DNA of 54,477 bases from a virus. Positions 1-6,449 of the stretch are shown one piece after another. The stretch covers positions 1 to 54,477 of IMG/VR virus record IMGVR_UViG_3300037313_000433. One strand, 5' to 3'. The first letter of the stretch is position 1. Each line of letters opens with the position of its first letter. Under the pieces are notes generated by a model. The model was not told the origin of the DNA. It saw nothing but the letters and a program-made list of their open reading frames with translations, and ran no database searches. The position numbers and the translations under genes are program-made.

Positions 1-124
1 CCGCGTCAATTCTTCAATACCGGAAATATTGCAAGCTCGCCAAAGCCGCAGCGAAGGTGGTCGAGGAGGCTGATCGCATCCACGACAATGAGCCGTGGCC
101 TGTGAAATATAGAGCGCCATGGGA
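1..124. repeat. Terminal direct repeat: bases 1-124 identical to 54354-54477 (circular closure or terminal redundancy of a ~54,353-bp unit)
   Basis: Direct comparison of the two window ends; an ORF starting at 53786 continues in frame through the junction to a stop at 210-212. Confidence 0.9.
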
Positions 125-212
125 AGCAATCACCGGTTTGCGCAATGTGCTGGCTACCCAAGCGTATCACGGCGACGCACCAAATCCCAAGGAAGGCGAC
201 GGCAATGACTGA
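3..212 (+). CDS. 3' portion of junction-spanning hypothetical protein (same gene as 53786..54477)
   Basis: Frame open from window start to TGA at 210-212; in frame with the ORF that runs off the right end once the repeat is collapsed. Confidence 0.6.
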   Translation, partial: ASILQYRKYCKLAKAAAKVVEEADRIHDNEPWPVKYRAPWEAITGLRNVLATQAYHGDAPNPKEGDGND

Positions 213-405
213 CGCCGATTTACTGGTCAAAGCCATCTACGCCCGCCGTGCGATCCGCGACCGTGAGATCAAGTCGTGGGAATGCCTGTCTGAATACGCC
301 CGCGAATACTGGCGAGGCATGGTCCGCGATATGCTGACAGCACAGGAGGAATTGCGGGCGGCTGTTGAAAACGGGGAGAAGTCAGTTGACCCTGTTGACG
401 CCTGA
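205..405 (+). CDS. hypothetical protein (66 aa)
   Basis: ATG at 205 overlaps the upstream stop (ATGA); inside ORF-track 145..405. Confidence 0.5.
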   Translation: MTDADLLVKAIYARRAIRDREIKSWECLSEYAREYWRGMVRDMLTAQEELRAAVENGEKSVDPVDA

Positions 406-715
406 CCAAGCCGCGAAGGAGCTTGCAATATCGGTCCGGCAGTTAAAGGATCTGACCGATCAGGGGGCGATCCGGTGGATCAACATCGGCCTGGGAGAAA
501 AGCGCCCGACGAGGCGGTATGAGCCGGCCGATATCGAAGAGTTCAAACAGGAGCGATCGGCAAAATGTCGGTCTATAAGCGAAAAGCCGCCGAGACCTAC
601 TCTTACGACTTCTGGCTCGGAGGTCGTCGATTTTCAGGCGATACTGGAGAGACTAACAAGCGAGAAGCCATTGCCGCCGAAAAAAGGAAACGCGCCGAGC
701 AGGCCGTCGCGGTAG
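386..715 (+). CDS. excisionase/AlpA-like helix-turn-helix DNA-binding protein
   Basis: LTPDQAAKELAISVRQLKDLTDQGAIRWINIG...RRYEPADIEEF resembles MerR/Xis-type HTH; GGGGAG RBS 5 nt before TTG at 386; directly upstream of int. The 3' 150 nt overlap int in another frame, so the true end is uncertain. Confidence 0.55.
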   Translation: MTLLTPDQAAKELAISVRQLKDLTDQGAIRWINIGLGEKRPTRRYEPADIEEFKQERSAKCRSISEKPPRPTLTTSGSEVVDFQAILERLTSEKPLPPKKGNAPSRPSR

Positions 716-1716
716 AGCAATTTGCCCGGTCTCACGGCTCTGAGATGACCTTTGGCGTTGCGGCTGCGCGCTGGTGGGCTGAAGTTGGCATCCACAACAA
801 TGAGAATGGTCACGCCACTGCGGAGAGAAATCTGCGCTGGCTGATCAAGTCTGTCGGCGCGAACACCGCGCTTCGCGATATCGATGACAATGTCGTGGCT
901 CGGGTGGTCGCAAAGCGGCGAGGAGAGCGCGTCAAAGGGAAGAAGGACGCGCGGCACGTATCCCCAGCGACGGTCAATCGGACGTGCACACAGCCATTGC
1001 GGGAAATCATCCTTCGCGCGGGCAAGGTCTGGAAGGCGAGTGTCGGGGAGATCGATTTCGGCAAGCACATGCTGAAGGAGCCGAGAGAGCGAGTCAGAGA
1101 GGCCAGCGTTGACGAGGAGGCTGCAATCCTGGCTGAACTCGGGGAAGGATATGACGCTGCGGTGCGCTTCGCCTTCCTATCTGGATGCCGGCGAATGGAA
1201 ATCCTCGGCCTGGAATGGCCGCACGTTGATTTCTTCTCGCGCCGCTTCACCGTTACTGGCAAGGGCAATAAGATCCGCACAATTCCAATGTCGCAGGCGA
1301 TCTATGATCTACTGTGGGCGGAGAAGGATCACCACAAGACGAAGGTCTTCACCTTCGTGGCGCGCCGGACACTGAAGCCGCTGAAGTTGGTCAAGGGTGA
1401 GAGATACCCGTTGACGGAGTCCGGCCTGAAATCGGCAATGCGCCGTGCGGTGCCGGCGGCCAAGGTGAGCGATTTTCGTTTCCACGACACGCGCCACACC
1501 GCGGCGACACGCACGCTACGCACGTCGAATTTGCGGGTGGTGCAGAAGCTGCTCGGTCACTCCGATGTCGAGACGACAGCGAAATACGCCCATGCACTTG
1601 ATGAGGACATAAGAAGCGCCTTGGACGCTGCGGCGACTAAGAGTCCCACGAAAAGTCCCACGAGCACCATATACACAAGACGTAAGATATTGGGGAAGAA
1701 GGGGAAAAAGGACTGA
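565..1716 (+). CDS. int: tyrosine recombinase (phage integrase)
   Basis: 383 aa; C-terminal catalytic signature FHDTRHTAATR...LLGHSDVETTAKYAH (R, HxxR, Y). Confidence 0.92.
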   Translation: MSVYKRKAAETYSYDFWLGGRRFSGDTGETNKREAIAAEKRKRAEQAVAVEQFARSHGSEMTFGVAAARWWAEVGIHNNENGHATAERNLRWLIKSVGANTALRDIDDNVVARVVAKRRGERVKGKKDARHVSPATVNRTCTQPLREIILRAGKVWKASVGEIDFGKHMLKEPRERVREASVDEEAAILAELGEGYDAAVRFAFLSGCRRMEILGLEWPHVDFFSRRFTVTGKGNKIRTIPMSQAIYDLLWAEKDHHKTKVFTFVARRTLKPLKLVKGERYPLTESGLKSAMRRAVPAAKVSDFRFHDTRHTAATRTLRTSNLRVVQKLLGHSDVETTAKYAHALDEDIRSALDAAATKSPTKSPTSTIYTRRKILGKKGKKD

Positions 1717-1892
1717 GGCGACTTTTCCCCCAGTCAAGTGCGCTACCAGGCTGCGCTACACTCCGGCCGTGGAGAAGCCTTTATATTCAAGCCATTTAGC
1801 AAGCAAGCCAAAAATCCAGATATTTTGAAATTTGGAACAAACCGAGTAGAAATGCGTACGATGGAACAACGAGTCCCACGAAAGTCCCACGG
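1641..1892. other. attP candidate: tRNA-derived core flanked by arm-type repeats
   Basis: GAGTCCCACGAAA(A)GTCCCACG occurs at 1641-1664 and 1871-1892, on either side of a 39-nt tRNA 5' half (1727-1765); immediately downstream of int. Confidence 0.6.
1727..1765 (-). other. tRNA 5'-half fragment (acceptor 5' strand, D-arm, 5' anticodon stem and loop; anticodon position reads GGG, Pro-like); not a complete tRNA
   Basis: Minus strand reads CGGAGTG TA GCGC AGCCTGGTA GCGC A CTTGA CTGGGGG. The following bases (AAAAG) cannot pair with the anticodon stem and no T-arm follows. Confidence 0.65.
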
Positions 1893-1920
1893 GACGTTCA
1901 TCAATCGTTCCGAGGTGATT

Positions 1921-2022
1921 ATGCCACCCATGCGCCAAGCCGAAATCATCTGGATGATCGTCTTCGTGCTGCTGCCGATCGCGCTTGTCGTTGGATTGGC
2001 GCATAAGTTTGGATGGATATAG
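1921..2022 (+). CDS. 33-aa hydrophobic membrane peptide (candidate)
   Basis: GAGGTG RBS 4 nt before ATG; MPPMRQAEIIWMIVFVLLPIALVVGLAHKFGWI contains one TM helix; AT-richer cargo region. Confidence 0.35.
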   Translation: MPPMRQAEIIWMIVFVLLPIALVVGLAHKFGWI

Positions 2023-2031
2023 GAGAGAGAA

Positions 2032-2508
2032 ATGCGCATTTATCCGGCAGGCATGGAAGACAGGCATGTGCTCGAAGAGACGAACGACATCGCCTTGCGC
2101 TTTTTTATGGGTCCGAGACTCCTAAAAATGAAATACGGTGAAGCGGCAAATATACCAGGACCGGTTGTCCGCAAAGCGTGGCACCCAACTGGAGATCACG
2201 ATCACTCCTTTGCTGGGGCGATGAGAGCTATTTCCTTATCTAACAGTGGAAACCGCCCGGAATCAAGCTACACGACAGAAGAGCGTATACAAATGGATCT
2301 CGATGACAGTTTCGAGGTCGCGTATTATCCGCACGATGATCAATGGATTTTCAGGCGGAAACTTGCGTGCTGTCCGCATTGTCATGGATTTGGGCGAGTA
2401 AGGAAGATATCTGAAATGCCGCCTGTTGCCTTTGTGGATTACATGAAAATACCGTTCTCCAGCATTGAGAAAGTCGAATACGAAACCTGCAAACATGACC
2501 CAGCGTGA
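2032..2508 (+). CDS. hypothetical protein (158 aa, C-terminal CxxC...C/H cluster)
   Basis: Strong RBS AGGAGAGAGA before ATG 2032; strand opposite to the late operon; AT-richer than surroundings. Confidence 0.6.
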   Translation: MRIYPAGMEDRHVLEETNDIALRFFMGPRLLKMKYGEAANIPGPVVRKAWHPTGDHDHSFAGAMRAISLSNSGNRPESSYTTEERIQMDLDDSFEVAYYPHDDQWIFRRKLACCPHCHGFGRVRKISEMPPVAFVDYMKIPFSSIEKVEYETCKHDPA

Positions 2509-2770
2509 ACGCCAACTGAAATATTCGTGGGAAAGGACATGGGCCGACCGAGAGACGGACTATGTCGCCAAGGACGGTGAGATCAGGTTCGGCCGAGTGC
2601 AGCTGCACACCACCGGCCCGGAGAAAGTCTGGACATGGCATCTATGGGGCGATGCCTTTGCTGATTTCTCGGTGCAGTCCTTGAACGGATCGCACCCTGA
2701 CAAAATTGAAGCCTGCCGGGAATTGGAAGCCGCCTATGATGCGGCGAAGGCGAAGGCTACCCGCGCTTGA
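2495..2770 (+). CDS. hypothetical protein (91 aa)
   Basis: Internal ATG (MTQRERQ...) of ORF-track 2465..2770; follows the 2032 gene on the same strand. Confidence 0.5.
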   Translation: MTQRERQLKYSWERTWADRETDYVAKDGEIRFGRVQLHTTGPEKVWTWHLWGDAFADFSVQSLNGSHPDKIEACRELEAAYDAAKAKATRA

Positions 2771-3113
2771 TGATTTCTCGATTGATGCGCAGTTCCTCCC
2801 GCATCCGATCAAGCTCGATCGCCATGTGATCGAAGCACTTCGCCAGCGCCTTGCCGGTATCGAGCATTTCTTCCATGACGCCGGTCTGCTTGTTGACCGC
2901 AGCGGTGAGCGCATTGAGCGCGGTAGGATCGACCACGACGGCAGCGACCTGTGCCGCTGGCACACCCTTGGCCGGGTCGAGTTCCCTACCCTTCAATATT
3001 CCTCGCCAGGAAACGGCGATGACGGCACCGAAGACTGACACAAATGCAATGGCTGCCGGCAGAGGAAGGCTCGCGACAAACTTACCGAGTTCTTCCATAG
3101 CTTTCTCCGACAT
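2757..3113 (-). CDS. hypothetical membrane-anchored coiled-coil protein
   Basis: MSEKAMEEL... start; one TM segment (LPLPAAIAFVSVFGAVIAVSW); last gene of the minus-strand late unit. Confidence 0.5.
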   Translation of the reverse strand: MSEKAMEELGKFVASLPLPAAIAFVSVFGAVIAVSWRGILKGRELDPAKGVPAAQVAAVVVDPTALNALTAAVNKQTGVMEEMLDTGKALAKCFDHMAIELDRMREELRINREIIKRG

Positions 3114-3546
3114 CGTGTGCAGCGCGATAGACGTTGACGAGCTCCACCAGCACAAACGGCGGGTAGATAGCTATCCAGGTGCTCACAATTCCGGAATGCG
3201 CAAAACAATACGAAATGCCTGAAAAGATGATGCAGCCGATGGCCGCAGATCCCATGCGAATGTGAGGCGTAACATTTTTCCGGGCGCCATTGACGATCAG
3301 CCCGAGGATACGAAGCACCCCAAGAACCAGCATCAATGTGCCCAAATATCTCTCCTCGCCGAAGACTTGGCGAAAGTAGGAGAACGCCGGCTGGTCGAAC
3401 TGATTGCCGGTGCCGAGGATCACGGCGCCCCATAATGCCGTGATGAAGGCCAGCAGCCATTCCGTCTGCCGCGTGCGGAAGCGGTGCGTGATCCGGATCC
3501 AGATACCAGGGCCGAGATAGCCACGCTCAAGAGGATGTTCTGTCAT
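3082..3546 (-). CDS. integral membrane protein (about 4 TM helices)
   Basis: Start MTEHPLERG with AAGGAGAG upstream; hydrophobic segments LLAFITALWGAVILG, LGTLMLVLGVLRILGLIV, AAIGCIIFSGISYCF, WIAIYPPFVLVELV. Confidence 0.55.
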   Translation of the reverse strand: MTEHPLERGYLGPGIWIRITHRFRTRQTEWLLAFITALWGAVILGTGNQFDQPAFSYFRQVFGEERYLGTLMLVLGVLRILGLIVNGARKNVTPHIRMGSAAIGCIIFSGISYCFAHSGIVSTWIAIYPPFVLVELVNVYRAAHDVGESYGRTR

Positions 3547-3608
3547 TCTGCGCCAGGCTCTCCTTAGCTGGTCTGCGTCGATGGTTTCCACGGCATGCCT
3601 CCCATGGC

Positions 3609-3752
3609 CTAGTCGTTCCCCAACGTCCGGATGGCGTGTTGATTGACGGAGACCGCCAGCGACATTTTCGCGCTCCGCGGCGCAACCCACAAGGCAAGCA
3701 TGATCAGGCCGCGGGATATAAACGTGCGGATCTCCTGGATTGCCGAGATCAT
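3609..3752 (-). CDS. small membrane protein (47 aa, candidate)
   Basis: GGGAG RBS 6 nt before ATG 3752; MISAIQEIRTFISRGLIMLALWVAP...; follows the o-spanin stop. Confidence 0.4.
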   Translation of the reverse strand: MISAIQEIRTFISRGLIMLALWVAPRSAKMSLAVSVNQHAIRTLGND

Positions 3753-3780
3753 GGTTTTCTCCCGCCGTTGGTTGGTATGC

Positions 3781-4089
3781 TCAGTCTTTGGCCAGACGGT
3801 CGCGGACGTCGTCATAGAAGCCAACACACCGCCTCCCGCGGGCGTTCTGCCGGTCGAGCGCAGCCCGCTCACGGACCAAGACAGCGCGCAATTCGGTGCC
3901 GGCCGTCAGCGCGGCGTGCGCTTCCTGCAGGCGGCAATCGTCAGGCTGTGGCGGAAGATGCAAGCCAGCCCTTGCCTTGCCCTCAGTGGTGGCCGAGGCT
4001 GTCACCCGGCCCGCTATCGTGTTGCAGGAACTCAATGTCACTGCCATCAAGAGCGCAGTCGCGATGCGCAGCAGCCAATTGGGCCTCAT
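3781..4089 (-). CDS. o-spanin (Rz1-like outer-membrane lipoprotein), overlapping the i-spanin 3' end in another frame
   Basis: MRPNWLLRIATALLMAVTLSSC has a signal peptide plus lipobox LSSC; overlapped architecture with 3983..4375. Confidence 0.6.
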   Translation of the reverse strand: MRPNWLLRIATALLMAVTLSSCNTIAGRVTASATTEGKARAGLHLPPQPDDCRLQEAHAALTAGTELRAVLVRERAALDRQNARGRRCVGFYDDVRDRLAKD

Positions 4090-4375
4090 AGCTTGATATC
4101 CTTGTTTCAAGATCGGCGTTTGCTTTCGCCTCTGCGGCCTTCGCTGAAGCGAGTTTTGCATTCAGGGCATCCGTGGCGGCTTTGGTCGCTGCCGCCTGTC
4201 GTTGGGCTTCCTTGGCCTGCGCTTCGGCTGCTTGCTGCTCGAAGGACTTCACCATCTCTTCCCTGATGGCGTGATCATGCGAGGCGAGCCAAATGCGGAG
4301 GCCTATCAGGACGGCAATGACCAGCGCGAAGATGCCGAGGGCCTTGCCGATCGGTGAGAAGAGGAAGGCGATCAT
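3983..4375 (-). CDS. i-spanin (Rz-like)
   Basis: N-terminal TM (IGKALGIFALVIAVLIGLRIW) followed by an Ala/Glu/Lys-rich coiled coil; ATGA overlap with the holin stop. Confidence 0.6.
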   Translation of the reverse strand: MIAFLFSPIGKALGIFALVIAVLIGLRIWLASHDHAIREEMVKSFEQQAAEAQAKEAQRQAAATKAATDALNAKLASAKAAEAKANADLETRISSYEAQLAAAHRDCALDGSDIEFLQHDSGPGDSLGHH

Positions 4376-4692
4376 TGCTTCGGCTCCGATGAGGTTGTCA
4401 CCGTCGCGCTATTGTCGGTGACTTCCGCCGTGACGGTGGTTGCGGTGTTGGCCGGCGGACCGGCGATGTTCGTTTGCTTTGCCACCCAGTCGGCGCCGAA
4501 GGCTGCGGTCACGAGCGCGAACATGTAGGGGGCCAAGGTCAGCCAGGCAGCGAGCGAAGCATCCGGCGCGAGTTGCGTGATCGGGAGGCGGATCGTGAGG
4601 TAGCAGGACAAGCCCAGCCAGACCAAGAAGACGAACGATGCAAACTCGCGCTTGAGCGTGCTGCTGGTGAGGTACCGGGCCAAGCTTTTCAT
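4372..4692 (-). CDS. holin (candidate, 2 TM)
   Basis: 106 aa with two hydrophobic helices; sits between endolysin and spanins with ATGA coupling on both sides. Confidence 0.5.
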   Translation of the reverse strand: MKSLARYLTSSTLKREFASFVFLVWLGLSCYLTIRLPITQLAPDASLAAWLTLAPYMFALVTAAFGADWVAKQTNIAGPPANTATTVTAEVTDNSATVTTSSEPKQ

Positions 4693-5240
4693 TCAGCCGC
4701 AGCCTCGATCGCACTCAAAAACTTCTGCGCATACCCGGCGATCGTCTGCGCCTTATCGGTGCCGTTGATGATCTGGCGGGCATTGACGAAGTCCGTCTTG
4801 CTGTCGTTGAGATAATCAGACAGCTTCTTGCCGGTGAACCAGCCCTCGGTCATGCCCTTGATCATGATGTCGGCGGCGTGCCGTGGATCGAGCGCCTGTT
4901 CAGGATGCTGGACGAAGTCGACGCCCAGCTCGTCCTTGGCCTTCTGATAGTTCTGGATCCAGGTCAGCTGTACCAAGCCGCGCCCGTAATAGACCTGCGA
5001 AAACTGGCCAGTAGGACGGCCGTAAGATCTGCCCTTCCCTTTGCCGTATTCCTCAATCGGCTGCATGTGCTGCGCCGTCTCATGGAAGGCTGTGGCAAGC
5101 ATATAGGCCATATGCTCTGCCGGGAGAGGGTACGGCTGGAAAGCGTCAAGGATGGCGCTCATCCCATCGACCTGGCTTTGCGATAGGTGACCGGCGAACA
5201 AGCTCGTCCGCACGGCAGCGAAGAAAGCTGCGCGATCCAT
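4689..5240 (-). CDS. endolysin, glycoside hydrolase family 19 (chitinase-like lysozyme)
   Basis: ATAFHETAQ...YYGRGLVQLTWIQNY motifs typical of GH19 phage lysins; internal ATG (MDRAAFF) chosen. Confidence 0.8.
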   Translation of the reverse strand: MDRAAFFAAVRTSLFAGHLSQSQVDGMSAILDAFQPYPLPAEHMAYMLATAFHETAQHMQPIEEYGKGKGRSYGRPTGQFSQVYYGRGLVQLTWIQNYQKAKDELGVDFVQHPEQALDPRHAADIMIKGMTEGWFTGKKLSDYLNDSKTDFVNARQIINGTDKAQTIAGYAQKFLSAIEAAAE

Positions 5241-5327
5241 TGTATAGCGTCCTTTTTGACGAAGGTTGTAGCTAGACAACACCAATGTGTTGTGCTTTCC
5301 TCTCAGCATTGGAGAGGGGAAATTTCC

Positions 5328-5669
5328 ATGAAACTCAGAATTTCGGCCGCCGTCGCGGTCTGTCTACTTGCGTCTTCCTGCAAGACGACGAACTCAGGGC
5401 AGAAACAGTGGGTGCAAATCCAGGCCGGTGACGTGTTCGATGTCGCCGATGCGAAGTGCAAACTCTATGCGCAGAATTTTCAGCAAGGGCTCTATGCCCA
5501 AGGTTCACCCGGCTTCGTGCTCGGTGCCCAACTCGGCAACGCGATCGGCAATGCCGTACGCATGCAGGAGGCCTACAAGAACTGCATGGTCATCGAGGGC
5601 TGGAAGCAGGTTCCGGTGGTCAAGCCCGCTCCCAAGAGGGTTGTGGTGGTCAAGAAGAAGGCCGGGTAG
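5328..5669 (+). CDS. secreted lipoprotein (moron; candidate superinfection-exclusion factor)
   Basis: GGAGAGGGGA RBS; MKLRISAAVAVCLLASSC has a signal peptide plus lipobox; opposite strand to the flanking late genes. Confidence 0.7.
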   Translation: MKLRISAAVAVCLLASSCKTTNSGQKQWVQIQAGDVFDVADAKCKLYAQNFQQGLYAQGSPGFVLGAQLGNAIGNAVRMQEAYKNCMVIEGWKQVPVVKPAPKRVVVVKKKAG

Positions 5670-5717
5670 ACACCGCGGCGGGGTTGTGGTTCGATGCTCC
5701 GATCATTGGAGACAAAT

Positions 5718-6002
5718 ATGACCGAGAACCCGCTCAAATTCGCCGAGGCCGATGGTGCGCCGTATGTCACGGTTGACACCATCTCAAGCGCCGCCTTGGT
5801 CGAAGGCATCATACAGATCAATACCTATATCCGAGAGTTGCGCTCGGAGACTGATGGTCGAGTGTCCATGGTCAACGTACCAAGCGGGCATTTGCGGATG
5901 ACGCCGCAGGCCGCAAAACGGCTTATAGCTGCGCTCCAAGACAGCCTTGAACTCGCGAACCCCGAAAAGATGCAGCCGCCATCGGGCGTCACACGTCAAT
6001 GA
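5718..6002 (+). CDS. hypothetical protein (94 aa)
   Basis: Internal ATG (MTENPLKF) of ORF-track 5694..6002; co-oriented with the lipoprotein gene. Confidence 0.45.
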   Translation: MTENPLKFAEADGAPYVTVDTISSAALVEGIIQINTYIRELRSETDGRVSMVNVPSGHLRMTPQAAKRLIAALQDSLELANPEKMQPPSGVTRQ

Positions 6003-6005
6003 TTT

Positions 6006-6449
6006 TCACGTGTAGGCGAGCGCCTGCATCCACGCAGCATCGATCTGCTCGTTTGTCTTCCCGAATGCGGCCGCAAGCTGAGCAATAAGCGGATGCGATC
6101 GGGAATAGCTATCGCTGTCCTCCCATTCGATCTGTGCAATCTCGCGCTGGTTTTCGTCGGGAATGGCGGCAAGGGCTGCATCGATCATTGCCGATGTCAC
6201 GCCCAGGTCACGCATGCCAAGCCTGAACTGCTTGCGGCTCAGGACAGGCATTGCCGCACGGGCTTCCTGGGCGCTTGGTGGTACGTACGGGGCGATGTTT
6301 CCCGCTTCCACAGCCGATGCGTATAACTCCCGCCCGTGCTCCGCGACGTCGTTCGGATCGGCAGTGAACGGCCACCATTCATCGCCCACCTGGATCTCCA
6401 TATCGATGGTGCCCAAGCGGTTATATTTGGCGTTACGGAATTCCATCAT
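6006..6449 (-). CDS. hypothetical tail-associated protein (147 aa)
   Basis: ATGA overlap with the stop of the host-specificity gene; position equals that of tail fibre accessory or assembly genes. Confidence 0.5.
   Translation of the reverse strand: MMEFRNAKYNRLGTIDMEIQVGDEWWPFTADPNDVAEHGRELYASAVEAGNIAPYVPPSAQEARAAMPVLSRKQFRLGMRDLGVTSAMIDAALAAIPDENQREIAQIEWEDSDSYSRSHPLIAQLAAAFGKTNEQIDAAWMQALAYT

Noticed and set aside
1-124. The end repeat as attL/attR or a transposon terminal repeat
   Set aside because: It lies inside a continuous ORF, is far from int/attP, and has no flanking host sequence. A circular-assembly overlap or terminal redundancy is the simpler reading.
6-236. 76-aa minus-strand ORF at the window start
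   Set aside because: Antisense to the junction-spanning plus-strand gene; no RBS and isolated from any minus-strand operon.
1727-1765. Possible complete tRNA gene next to int
   Set aside because: Only the 5' half is present. There is no 3' anticodon stem, T-arm or acceptor 3' strand, so it is treated as the attP core rather than an RNA gene.
1738-2022. 94-aa ORF reading across attP
   Set aside because: Its 5' part covers the tRNA-derived core and an arm repeat. Only the terminal 33-codon segment has an RBS and coherent (hydrophobic) sequence.
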